Of a DNA stretch of 64,000 nucleotides, positions 35,521 through 44,178 are shown one piece after another. The stretch is from Eubacteriales bacterium. Its GTDB lineage: Bacteria; Bacillota; Clostridia; Oscillospirales; CAG-272. The position numbers and the translations under genes were made by a program. Each line of letters begins with the position of its first letter. Positions within the stretch are counted from its first letter, which is position 1. Under the pieces are notes generated by a model. It saw only the letters and a program-made list of their open reading frames with translations, was not told the DNA's origin and ran no database searches. The stretch spans positions 2,879-66,878 of the forward strand of contig JAZQDD010000013.1 in assembly GCA_045546615.1 (NCBI GenBank). The letters are read 5' to 3'.

Positions 35521-36538
35521 ATGTAACATAAATAAAATAGAGGAATTGTTTGCCGCCATTTCCGAAAAGGCAAGTCTTTACGTTCCCGTAGATACTGCAA
35601 AAACGGGCGCAAAATTTAAAAAATGGCAAAAGGGTGTTGAGCTTTCAAAGGCTCTTAACACCGCAAACAGCGTAAAGGATTTCTTCTTCCCGCAAAGCGA
35701 GAGCATTGTGGATTTTAAAATGGAAGGAAAAAATATCGAGGTAATCGATATTCGCAGCGAGAGCGAGGACTTTGTGCTTTTCGGTGTTCGCGCGTGTGAC
35801 GTCAAGAGCTTTGATATTCTTGACCGCGTTTTTCTTGCTGATACACCTGACAGCTATTATGCAAACCGCCGCGAGCATTGTACCGTCATTTCGCTCGCTT
35901 GCGCCAACCCCGGATACACCTGCTTTTGCTCGACGTTCGGCATAGATGCCGCAGAGCCCGGAGCGGATATTTCGGCATGGATGTGCGTTGATGCTTTGTA
36001 TCTGCAGGCGAATACAGAAAAGGGAAGTGCGCTCCTTGCGCGTGTTTCGGATGTCACCGAGGATGCGGACCCTGCCGCTGTTGAAGGCATGAAGGCTGTT
36101 ATCAGAGAGAAGATATCAAAACTTCCTTTGTCTGACCTCAAAGCCGATGCCTTTGGCGCTGACAAAACCAAAAAGTTTTTTGACTCTCCCGAATGGAAGT
36201 CGCTTTCCGAGTCCTGCCTTGGTTGCGGAACGTGTACCTTCGTTTGCCCCACTTGTCAATGCTATGACATAAAGGATTTTGATACGGGACATGGTATTAA
36301 GCGTTTCCGTTGCTGGGATTCTTGTATGTATTCGGATTTTACGAAGATGGCACACGGAAATCCCAGACTTACTCAAGTAGAGCGCTTCCGTCAGCGATTT
36401 ATGCATAAGCTCGTGTATTTCCCGAGCAACCACGACGGTATGTTCAGTTGCGTAGGATGCGGCAGATGTATTTCAAGCTGTCCTGTGTCGATGAACATCG
36501 TAAAAGTAATGAAATCACTTGGAGGTAAGGAAGAATGA
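35513..36538 (+). CDS. Fe-S protein, anaerobic-sulfite-reductase-subunit-A / sulfhydrogenase-beta / FlxB-like
   Basis: FGVRACDVKSF, CLGCGTCTFVCPTCQC, CVGCGRCISSCP. 8-nt overlap with the upstream gene. Confidence 0.7.
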   Translation: MRKCNINKIEELFAAISEKASLYVPVDTAKTGAKFKKWQKGVELSKALNTANSVKDFFFPQSESIVDFKMEGKNIEVIDIRSESEDFVLFGVRACDVKSFDILDRVFLADTPDSYYANRREHCTVISLACANPGYTCFCSTFGIDAAEPGADISAWMCVDALYLQANTEKGSALLARVSDVTEDADPAAVEGMKAVIREKISKLPLSDLKADAFGADKTKKFFDSPEWKSLSESCLGCGTCTFVCPTCQCYDIKDFDTGHGIKRFRCWDSCMYSDFTKMAHGNPRLTQVERFRQRFMHKLVYFPSNHDGMFSCVGCGRCISSCPVSMNIVKVMKSLGGKEE

Positions 36539-37368
36539 ACACAAGACAGGAAATGCTTATCCCAAGCGTAGGAGTCGTTACGGACGTAAGAATAGACACG
36601 CCCGACGTTAAGACCTTTCGTGTCGTAAATACAGACGGTAAAAAGCATTTTGAGCATATGCCGGGACAATGCGCTATGCTTTCCATCCCCGGCGTGGGTG
36701 AGGCTATGTTTTCGATCACGTCCTCACCGACAAATACCGAATTTATGGAATTTTCCATCAAAAAATGCGGTTGCCTTACCGAATGGCTTCATAGGCTCGA
36801 CGTCGGTCAGCAGATAACCATTCGCGGACCGTACGGCAACGCCTTCCCCGTAGACACGGAGTTTGTCGGCAAGGATCTGCTGTTTATCGCGGGCGGTATA
36901 GGACTTGCTCCTTTGCGCTCTGTTATAAATTACACACGCCACTACCGCGACAGATACGGAAAGATAGACATCGTATACGGTGCGCGCTCCAAGGAAGATC
37001 TCGTTGACTATAAGGAGATCGTAGGCGAATGGTGCGGAGACAGCGGTATTAATGTCCACCTCACGATCGATAATCCCCATGACGATTGGGATGGACACGT
37101 TGGATTTGTTCCGAATTACGTCAAGGAGCTTAATTTTTCCACAGATAAGACCGTTATTCTCTGCGGTCCGCCAATAATGATAAAATTTACGCTTGCGGGG
37201 CTTCTTGAGCAGGGCTTTGATAAAACGAGCGTATATACCACTCTTGAGCTTCGTATGAAGTGCGGCATCGGAAAATGCGGAAGATGCAACGTCGGCTCAA
37301 AATACGTCTGCAAGGACGGACCTGTTTTCCGTTTCGACGAAATTGACGAGCTTCCCGACGAGTATTGA
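36535..37368 (+). CDS. FAD/NAD(P)-binding oxidoreductase with C-terminal [2Fe-2S] (AsrB/PyrK/HydG/FlxA-like)
   Basis: FNR-like fold: MFSITSSP (FAD), LLFIAGGIGLAPL (NAD(P)). C-terminal CGIGKCGRCNVG cluster. ATGA overlap with the upstream gene. Confidence 0.8.
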   Translation: MNTRQEMLIPSVGVVTDVRIDTPDVKTFRVVNTDGKKHFEHMPGQCAMLSIPGVGEAMFSITSSPTNTEFMEFSIKKCGCLTEWLHRLDVGQQITIRGPYGNAFPVDTEFVGKDLLFIAGGIGLAPLRSVINYTRHYRDRYGKIDIVYGARSKEDLVDYKEIVGEWCGDSGINVHLTIDNPHDDWDGHVGFVPNYVKELNFSTDKTVILCGPPIMIKFTLAGLLEQGFDKTSVYTTLELRMKCGIGKCGRCNVGSKYVCKDGPVFRFDEIDELPDEY

Positions 37369-37385
37369 TAAAAGGAGAAACTCTT

Positions 37386-38060
37386 ATGCAAGAGACAGTA
37401 AGTATATATCTATTTGGAAAGAAATATGACGTTCCGTCCGACCTTACCATTATGTGTGCTATGGAGTATGCGGGATATCAGCTTGTGAGAGGCTGCGGAT
37501 GCCGTAACGGCTTTTGCGGCGCTTGTGCAACAATATACCGTATAAAGGGCGACAGAGACCTTAAGGTTTGTCTTGCCTGCAAAACGCAGGTAAAGGACGG
37601 TATGTATATCGCAACTCTGCCTTTCTTCCCGCTGGTAAAGCAGGTATACGATATAGAAAAGGTAAGCCCCACCGAGCAGATAATGATGCAGCTCTATCCC
37701 GAAATATACGCCTGCATTGGATGCAACGCCTGCACCAAGGCGTGCGCGCAAAAGCTCAACGTTATGCAGTATATAGCATACGCCCAGCGCGGTGAGTATG
37801 AAAAATGCGCCGAGGAGTCCTTTGACTGTGTTATGTGCGGTATTTGTTCATCTCGCTGTCCCGCAGGCATCTCCCATCCGCAGGTTGCGATGCTTGCTCG
37901 CAGACTTAACGGTAAGTATCTTGCGCCCGAATCCAAGCATCTCAAGAATAGGGTTATGGAGATAAAGGACGGCACTTTCGAGGAGCTTCTTGAATCTCTT
38001 ATGCAAAAGCCCATCGAGGAGATGAAAGAGCTTTACAATAACCGCGAGATAGAAAAGTAA
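37386..38060 (+). CDS. succinate dehydrogenase/fumarate reductase iron-sulfur subunit-like protein
   Basis: ORF trimmed to MQETVSIY (ATG 37386, AAGGAGA RBS). N-terminal 2Fe-2S CGCRNGFCGACATIY...C. CIGCNACTKAC and CVMCGICSSRCP clusters. Confidence 0.75.
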   Translation: MQETVSIYLFGKKYDVPSDLTIMCAMEYAGYQLVRGCGCRNGFCGACATIYRIKGDRDLKVCLACKTQVKDGMYIATLPFFPLVKQVYDIEKVSPTEQIMMQLYPEIYACIGCNACTKACAQKLNVMQYIAYAQRGEYEKCAEESFDCVMCGICSSRCPAGISHPQVAMLARRLNGKYLAPESKHLKNRVMEIKDGTFEELLESLMQKPIEEMKELYNNREIEK

Positions 38061-38073
38061 GGAGGTAGCGACA

Positions 38074-39669
38074 ATGTATTCCGAAAAATTTACAGCATCC
38101 ATTGCGGCAGTCGAGGCGGCACGCGAGGCAAATATAGCCTACGAGCCTGCCCGAATGAGCGCCAAGGAAAAGGAAGAGCTTCTTGCCGCATACCACCCAG
38201 ACTATAAAAAGAGTGAGTTCGTTGCGCTCAAAGTTGGCGCAAATAAGGGTGACATAGTTCCTCACGAGCTCGCAGAGACGCTTCAGGCGAATAGTCGTAT
38301 AAAGGCAGATGACGTGGATCTCGCTTCTCCCGCGTACGACGTTGACGTTCTCGTCATCGGCGGCGGCGGCGCGGGTACTTCTGCTGCTATCGAGGCGCAC
38401 AGAGCAGGAGCGAATACTATGATAGTAACCAAGCTCCGCATGGGCGATGCCAACACAATGATGGCAGAGGGCGGTATCCAAGCGGCTGATAAGCCCAACG
38501 ACTCGCCCGCGATTCATTATCTTGATGCTTTTGGCGGCGGACATTTTGCCGCAAAGCCCGAGCTTCTTTATAAGCTTGTAAACGATGCTCCCGAGTCGCT
38601 TTTGTGGCTCAATGAGCTTGGCGTTGAATTTGATAAGACCGAGGATGGTACGATGATCACCACCCACGGCGGCGGAACTTCAAGAAAGCGTATGCATGCG
38701 GCAAAGGACTACACGGGTGCGGAGATAATGCGCACGCTCCGCGACGAGGTGCTTAATAGCGGCATCACCGTTGTGGATTTTACGTCAGCCGTTGAGCTTA
38801 TTCTTGACGATGCAGGCAACGCCGCAGGCGCGGTTCTTATGAATATGGAAACGGGCGAGCTTATGGTGGCTCGCGCAAAGACCGTTATTATAGCAACGGG
38901 CGGCGCGGGAAGAATGCATTATCAAGGCTTCCCGACCTCTAACCACTACGGCGCTACCGCGGACGGACTTGTGCTTGGATATCGTGTAGGAGCAAAGCTC
39001 CTTTATGCGGACACCCTGCAGTATCACCCCACGGGTGCGGCGTACCCTTCGCAGATCTTTGGTGCGCTCGTTACCGAAAAGGTGCGTTCTCTCGGCGCGA
39101 AGCTTGTCAACGCGGACGGCAAGGTATTCATGCATCCGCTTGAAACTCGCGACGTAGCCGCCGCCTCCATCATTCGCGAATGCTCCGACAGGAAAAACGG
39201 AGTTGATACGGGAAACGGCACGGCTGTATGGCTTGACACACCCATGATCGAGAAGATAGGCGGAGAGGGAACTATCGAAAAGCGAATCCCTGCCATGATG
39301 CGTATGTTTGGCGAGTACGGCATTGATATTCGCAAAGAGCCTATACTCGTATATCCCACGCTTCATTATCAGAACGGCGGACTTGATATCAACGCTGACG
39401 GAATGACCACGGCGGTGAAGAATCTTTACGTTGCGGGTGAGGCTGTCGGCGGTATTCACGGCAGAAACCGTCTTATGGGTAACTCGCTTCTCGACATCAT
39501 CGTTTTCGGTAGAAGCGCAGGTAAGAATGCGGCAGCCAAGAGCCGCGAGGTGAATGTTGGCAAGCTCACCCTTGACCACATCGATGCATTTGCCAAGGAG
39601 TGCAAGGAGGCAGGCATCGTTACCGATGAGGTATCTCCCAAGCTCCTGCCCGACTACAGGCGCAAATAA
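38074..39669 (+). CDS. fumarate reductase/succinate dehydrogenase flavoprotein-family subunit (soluble type)
   Basis: DVLVIGGGGAGTSAAIEA dinucleotide fold, MAEGGIQAA, LQYHPTG, PTLHYQNGGL, VAGEAVGGIHGRNRLMGNSL. About 95-aa N-terminal extension. Confidence 0.8.
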   Translation: MYSEKFTASIAAVEAAREANIAYEPARMSAKEKEELLAAYHPDYKKSEFVALKVGANKGDIVPHELAETLQANSRIKADDVDLASPAYDVDVLVIGGGGAGTSAAIEAHRAGANTMIVTKLRMGDANTMMAEGGIQAADKPNDSPAIHYLDAFGGGHFAAKPELLYKLVNDAPESLLWLNELGVEFDKTEDGTMITTHGGGTSRKRMHAAKDYTGAEIMRTLRDEVLNSGITVVDFTSAVELILDDAGNAAGAVLMNMETGELMVARAKTVIIATGGAGRMHYQGFPTSNHYGATADGLVLGYRVGAKLLYADTLQYHPTGAAYPSQIFGALVTEKVRSLGAKLVNADGKVFMHPLETRDVAAASIIRECSDRKNGVDTGNGTAVWLDTPMIEKIGGEGTIEKRIPAMMRMFGEYGIDIRKEPILVYPTLHYQNGGLDINADGMTTAVKNLYVAGEAVGGIHGRNRLMGNSLLDIIVFGRSAGKNAAAKSREVNVGKLTLDHIDAFAKECKEAGIVTDEVSPKLLPDYRRK

Positions 39670-39683
39670 GGAGAATTTAGACA

Positions 39684-40904
39684 ATGAATCTTTTTGACGG
39701 ACTTGTTTCAATAAACGGAGTGACGTTCCTTTTGTTTTGTGTAATGGCTATTGCAGCCGTAGGCTATGCCCTCGGCAGAATAACCATAAAGGGCGTGTCG
39801 CTCGGCACTGCGGGAGTATTTATCGTGGCGCTCCTCTTCGGATGCTTTTTCCACGATGAGCTTTCCGCCCAGCTCGTGACTTCGGGCGCAAATTATACGG
39901 GCAGCGCACTTAAAATAGTTGAGTCTTTGGGACTTATCCTTTTTGTGACCGCAGTTGGATTTATCGCAGGCCCGAAATTCTTTGGAAATATGAAAAAGAA
40001 TTTCAAATCCTACGTTCTTCTCGGCCTCATTATCATAATCGCAGGTGGACTTGCCGCTATCGGTTGTATATACGTCGGAAGAATGATAGGCGGTGTTGGA
40101 AACGATTATCTGACCGCTATGATCGTCGGTCTGCTTTCAGGCTCGCTGACGTCAACCCCCGCATTTTCCGCGGCAAAGGATACCGTAGCCGCAGACCTCC
40201 AAAGTGTGGTTTCGGTAGGACACGGTATTGCCTACATCTTTGGCGTTATCGGAGTTGTACTTTTCGTTCAGCTTATGCCGAAGCTCACACGCGCCAACAT
40301 GGATGAAGAAAGAAAAAAACTCACTCAAGTTTCTGACGGAGAAGAAAAGAAGTATAGCGGAAAGCTCATAGAAATGGATCCGTTCGGATTTATGGTATTC
40401 GCGCTTGCCGCCGTTCTCGGTGTTTTTGTTGGAGCTATCAAGGTTCCCGGAACAACGTTTTCGCTTACCACTACCGGCGGATGCCTTCTCGTAGCGCTCA
40501 TTCTCGGACATTTCGGCAGAATCGGTAAAATAAGCCTTATGCCCAAGGAAACTACGCTCAAGGTTTTCCGTGAGCTTGGACTTATGCTGTTCCTTATAGG
40601 CGCAGGTATTGACGGTGGAGCGGAATTCGTTGCAAACTTTGACGTAATGTATTTTGTTTACGGCGTGTTTATGACCATAGTTCCGATGATCATCGGTTAT
40701 ATTTTTGCGAGATACGTGCTGAAGCTCAGCTTACTCAACAATCTCGGTTCTATCACGGGCGGAATGACGTCTACTCCCGCGCTTGGTACGCTTATTAACG
40801 TAGCCGGAACAGAGGATGTAGCATCCGCGTATGCGGCGACGTATCCCATCGCTCTTATATCCGTGGTACTCGTATCACAATTTTTAATAATTTTCTTCTC
40901 ATAA
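39684..40904 (+). CDS. AAE-family (aspartate:alanine exchanger / YidE-YbjL-SucE-like) transporter without TrkA-C domains
   Basis: Two internal repeats ending in GLLSGSLTSTPAF and SITGGMTSTPALG. N-terminal GRITIKGVSLGTAGVFIVALLFG. 406 aa. Confidence 0.75.
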   Translation: MNLFDGLVSINGVTFLLFCVMAIAAVGYALGRITIKGVSLGTAGVFIVALLFGCFFHDELSAQLVTSGANYTGSALKIVESLGLILFVTAVGFIAGPKFFGNMKKNFKSYVLLGLIIIIAGGLAAIGCIYVGRMIGGVGNDYLTAMIVGLLSGSLTSTPAFSAAKDTVAADLQSVVSVGHGIAYIFGVIGVVLFVQLMPKLTRANMDEERKKLTQVSDGEEKKYSGKLIEMDPFGFMVFALAAVLGVFVGAIKVPGTTFSLTTTGGCLLVALILGHFGRIGKISLMPKETTLKVFRELGLMLFLIGAGIDGGAEFVANFDVMYFVYGVFMTIVPMIIGYIFARYVLKLSLLNNLGSITGGMTSTPALGTLINVAGTEDVASAYAATYPIALISVVLVSQFLIIFFS

Positions 40905-40911
40905 AAGAATG

Positions 40912-40948
40912 GGCGCGGCTCAAAAATCATGAGTCGCGTCTGTTTTTT
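40912..40948 (+). terminator. intrinsic terminator at end of the 13-gene operon
   Basis: GGCGCGGCTC (40912-40921) pairs with GAGTCGCGTC (40931-40940) with two G-U pairs, followed by TGTTTTTT. Confidence 0.65.
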
Positions 40949-40980
40949 ACTCTAAACTCTGTCTTTTTTCAATATAAGTA

Positions 40981-41009
40981 TTGACAAACTACCAAAAATA
41001 TGTTAATAT
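40981..41009 (+). promoter_or_regulatory. promoter of amino acid ABC transporter operon
   Basis: TTGACA 40981-40986, 17 nt, TAATAT 41004-41009 with upstream TG. Confidence 0.55.
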
Positions 41010-41062
41010 ATTATCACTTTAGCAAAGTAAAATGCTAAAATACATTGTTAGGAGATTTACTT

Positions 41063-41851
41063 ATGAAAAAAACACTTGCACTTATTCTTGCACTTGTAAT
41101 GTGCACCATCTGCTTTGCGTCTTGCGCTAAAAGCGATGACGTTCTTACCTGCGGCGTTACCATTTTCGCCAACATGAACGAGCAGGATGCTGACGGCAAC
41201 TGGACGGGCTTTGAGTCCGAGTTTGCTATGGAAGTCGGCAAGATCCTCGATATGAAGGTTGAATTCCAGATCATCGACTGGGCTCAGAAATACAACGAGC
41301 TTAATTCCGGTGCAATTGATTGCATTTGGAACGGCTTTACTGCTAACTCCAGCGACGACGGTATTAAGAGAAGCGACCTTGTTGACTTCTCCTACGGCTA
41401 TATGCTCAACCAGCAGTGCATCGTTGTAAAAGCGGCAGACGTTGCTAATTACACAAGTGCGGCAGCTCTCGCAGGCAAGAAGGCTTGTGTTGAGGGCGGA
41501 AGCGCAGGTGAAGCCTATGCCAAGACCGTTACCGACGAGGATAAGATCGTTAAGGGCGCTGCACAGATAAACGCTTTCACCGAGCTTAATTCCGGCGCCG
41601 TTGATTTCATCGTTGTTGATATTCTTCTTGCTCAGAACCTCTGCGGCAAGGGTGACTATGCCGGACTCGCTATCGTTGACGCTATCGAACTTGAGTCCGA
41701 GATCTATGCTATCGGCTTCAAGAAGGGAAGCGACCTTACCGCTAAGGTAAACGCCGCTATCAAGGAGCTTGAGGAAAATGGCAAGCTTATGGAGCTCGCA
41801 AAGAAGTACGGCTTTGAGAACGTTCTCAAGGTTAGCGAGACCATCGAATAA
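41063..41851 (+). CDS. amino acid ABC transporter substrate-binding lipoprotein
   Basis: ORF trimmed to MKKTLALILALVMCTICFASC (lipobox). SBP_bac_3-like DCIWNGFT..., followed by permease and ATPase genes. Confidence 0.85.
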   Translation: MKKTLALILALVMCTICFASCAKSDDVLTCGVTIFANMNEQDADGNWTGFESEFAMEVGKILDMKVEFQIIDWAQKYNELNSGAIDCIWNGFTANSSDDGIKRSDLVDFSYGYMLNQQCIVVKAADVANYTSAAALAGKKACVEGGSAGEAYAKTVTDEDKIVKGAAQINAFTELNSGAVDFIVVDILLAQNLCGKGDYAGLAIVDAIELESEIYAIGFKKGSDLTAKVNAAIKELEENGKLMELAKKYGFENVLKVSETIE

Positions 41852-41890
41852 TAATTATCGCTTCAATTCATTTTACAAAGGAATATAATA

Positions 41891-42535
41891 ATGGGTTTTT
41901 GGGAAGTTACCTTAACCTTGTTAAGGGGACTTGAACAGACCGGATTGATATTTGCGCTAACACTTGTGTTAGCGCTTCCTTTGGGTCTGGTCATTTCCTT
42001 TGGCTCAATGTCAAAGTTCAAGCCCCTTTCGTATATCACAAAAATATTTGTCTGGATCATACGCGGTGTTCCGCTCATGCTTCAGGTCATCATAGTCTTT
42101 TATGTGCCCGGAATCCTTTTTGGCGGTCCCATCTTTTCCCGTCTCGGCTCGGTTGTGGCGGCGTTCGTTATCAACTACGCTTGCTATTTTTCCGAGATAT
42201 ATCGCGGCGGTATCGAGAGCATCTCCAAAGGGCAGTACGAGGCAGGACAAGTGCTTGGAATGACCAAGACACAGATCTTTTTTAAGGTCGTGCTCATGCA
42301 GGTAGTTAAGCGCATCATTCCGCCCATGTCCAATGAAATAATCACGCTTGTCAAGGACACGGCACTCGCAAGAGTTATTATGGTCGTTGAGATCATTAAG
42401 GCGGCAGAGAACTATGCCGCATACGGTCTTATGTGGCCATTGTTTTATACGGCGGTATTTTATCTCATACTTGTTGGTCTGCTCTCTCTTCTTTTTGGGT
42501 ATATCGAGAAGAAGCTCGACTACTATAAAGCATAA
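41891..42535 (+). CDS. amino acid ABC transporter permease (HisMQ family)
   Basis: 214 aa. IRGVPLMLQ and [24 protein letters not shown]-loop motifs. Confidence 0.9.
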   Translation: MGFWEVTLTLLRGLEQTGLIFALTLVLALPLGLVISFGSMSKFKPLSYITKIFVWIIRGVPLMLQVIIVFYVPGILFGGPIFSRLGSVVAAFVINYACYFSEIYRGGIESISKGQYEAGQVLGMTKTQIFFKVVLMQVVKRIIPPMSNEIITLVKDTALARVIMVVEIIKAAENYAAYGLMWPLFYTAVFYLILVGLLSLLFGYIEKKLDYYKA

Positions 42536-42546
42536 GGAGGTCTGCT

Positions 42547-43347
42547 ATGGCTTTGCTTGAAGTAAAGAATATCAAAAAGAGCTTTGGTAAGACCGAGGTA
42601 CTAAAGGGAATAAGCTTTGAGCTGAATCGAGGCGAGGTGCTTGCTATCATCGGCTCGTCGGGAAGCGGCAAGACAACGCTTCTTCGTTGCCTCAATTACC
42701 TCGAAGTACCCGATACGGGAAAAATACTCGTTAACGGCACAGCGGTGTACGACTCGGACTCTGCTCAAAAATATACCGACAAAATGATACGCGAGTTAAG
42801 GCTTCATTTTGGTCTCGTTTTTCAGTCCTTTAACCTTTTTCCGCAGTATACTGTGTTTGAAAATATCACGCTTGCACCGACTCTCAAGATAAAAGAGTCG
42901 ATAAAAAACAAGACCTTGGAGTCTGGGATGAAGGCAAGGGAGCTTGAAAAAGTCAACCAAAAGGCGATTGAGCTTCTTTCCATGGTGGGGCTTTCCGAAA
43001 AGAAGGACTCGTATCCCTGCCAGCTTTCGGGCGGTCAGCAACAGCGTGTGGCAATCGCGCGCGCACTCGCGTTGCAACCCGACATACTCTGCTTTGATGA
43101 ACCCACATCGGCGCTCGACCCCGAGCTTACGGGAGAGGTGCTTAAGGTCATAAAGGCGCTTGCCGTCGAGGACAGAACTATGATAGTTGTGACGCATGAG
43201 ATGGAGTTTGCCAAGAACGTAGCCGACAAGGTCATATTTATGGCGGACGGCGTTATCGAGGAAATGGGAACTCCCGAGGAGGTATTTGATCATCCCGCCT
43301 CGCCAAAAACCAAAGCATTTTTAAGCAAATCGCTTGAAAGCATATAA
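42547..43347 (+). CDS. amino acid ABC transporter ATP-binding protein
   Basis: Walker [10 protein letters not shown], signature [15 protein letters not shown], Walker [13 protein letters not shown]. Confidence 0.9.
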   Translation: MALLEVKNIKKSFGKTEVLKGISFELNRGEVLAIIGSSGSGKTTLLRCLNYLEVPDTGKILVNGTAVYDSDSAQKYTDKMIRELRLHFGLVFQSFNLFPQYTVFENITLAPTLKIKESIKNKTLESGMKARELEKVNQKAIELLSMVGLSEKKDSYPCQLSGGQQQRVAIARALALQPDILCFDEPTSALDPELTGEVLKVIKALAVEDRTMIVVTHEMEFAKNVADKVIFMADGVIEEMGTPEEVFDHPASPKTKAFLSKSLESI

Positions 43348-43351
43348 CAAA

Positions 43352-43384
43352 AGCTGCGACGCAAGCGTGCGTCGGGGCTTTTGT
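43352..43384. terminator. bidirectional terminator between convergent ABC ATPase and ruvAB-operon genes
   Basis: CGACGCA-AGCG-TGCGTCG core with outer AGC/GCT pairs, flanked by AAAA and TTTTGTT. Confidence 0.6.
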
Positions 43385-44157
43385 TATTCGATCTTATCGT
43401 TTTGAGCAAACAAAAATATTGCGCTGAAATAGCAAAGAACGTAACAAAGCGCTCCTGTCAGAATATCACCTGTGTATCCGAATATGATAGAGAACACTTC
43501 AGCCACCCCGTCGGGCGTGCCGAAGGAAAAATCATAGTATATTCTTGAAATAATAAGGAAAACAGTGTAGAGCGCGCTTCCGATCAGCAACGGGAACAGC
43601 ACGGGATTTGTCGATGACAAAAAGCTGTTGAAAGGATAGACTTCTGCTCGCTCGTCGTATTCAATGCCCGAAAGACGGCGTTTAGCCCGCTTTAGAGTTT
43701 CTGCACGCTCATAATGTTTTCTGCACAATACAGTTGCAATGATATATACAACGGATATAAGCGCAATGTCGAGCAGTGCATAGGCAATGGTCACGCCAAG
43801 CTCCTTTAGAAAATTGACGACTCCCGAAAATATTGCGGATGCAATAAAATTAAGTATCCATCTAAGGCAAGCCACGCTTCCCGCAAGAGCAAGAAAAGCA
43901 TTTCGGCGGGACTTGTTGCTATGCCAAAAATATTCAGAAAAGGAAACAAGAGAAAAAAGCAAAAATAAGTATATCGTTTCAAGTATTTTTCTCAAATAGT
44001 AGAAAAGCGCGGGCAGGGGAGAATCCTTGTATAAAATATTCGTCACCGTAGACATTTCAAGCGGCGCGAATACAAATGTACAAAGGACAATACAAAGGGT
44101 TGCGATGGCAAGAAGAATAAAAGCGCGTATCACACTCTTATCGTAAGAACGGGACAT
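43384..44157 (-). CDS. polytopic membrane protein of unknown function
   Basis: 257 aa, 6-7 hydrophobic helices, no motif recognised. 21 nt downstream of ruvB, so likely co-transcribed. Confidence 0.55.
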   Translation of the reverse strand: MSRSYDKSVIRAFILLAIATLCIVLCTFVFAPLEMSTVTNILYKDSPLPALFYYLRKILETIYLFLLFSLVSFSEYFWHSNKSRRNAFLALAGSVACLRWILNFIASAIFSGVVNFLKELGVTIAYALLDIALISVVYIIATVLCRKHYERAETLKRAKRRLSGIEYDERAEVYPFNSFLSSTNPVLFPLLIGSALYTVFLIISRIYYDFSFGTPDGVAEVFSIIFGYTGDILTGALCYVLCYFSAIFLFAQNDKIE

Positions 44158-44178
44158 TATATTTCCTCCGTGGGAAGG

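Noticed and set aside
35513-37368. Anaerobic sulfite reductase AsrAB
   Set aside because: No AsrC-type siroheme catalytic subunit follows. The pair is instead embedded between MvhD/Fe-S genes and frdBA-like genes, so the Flx/HydBG-like NAD(P)H-input role fits better.
38785-39711. 308-aa minus-strand ORF. Similar antisense ORFs lie at 32151..32975, 37999..38667, 3550..4470, 9329..9943, 51266..52159, 52507..53241 and 55997..56749.
   Set aside because: All lie opposite well-supported genes (frdA-like, hdrA, frdB-like, permease, isomerase, ecfA2, ecfT, clpE). They lack ribosome-binding sites and have arbitrary composition.
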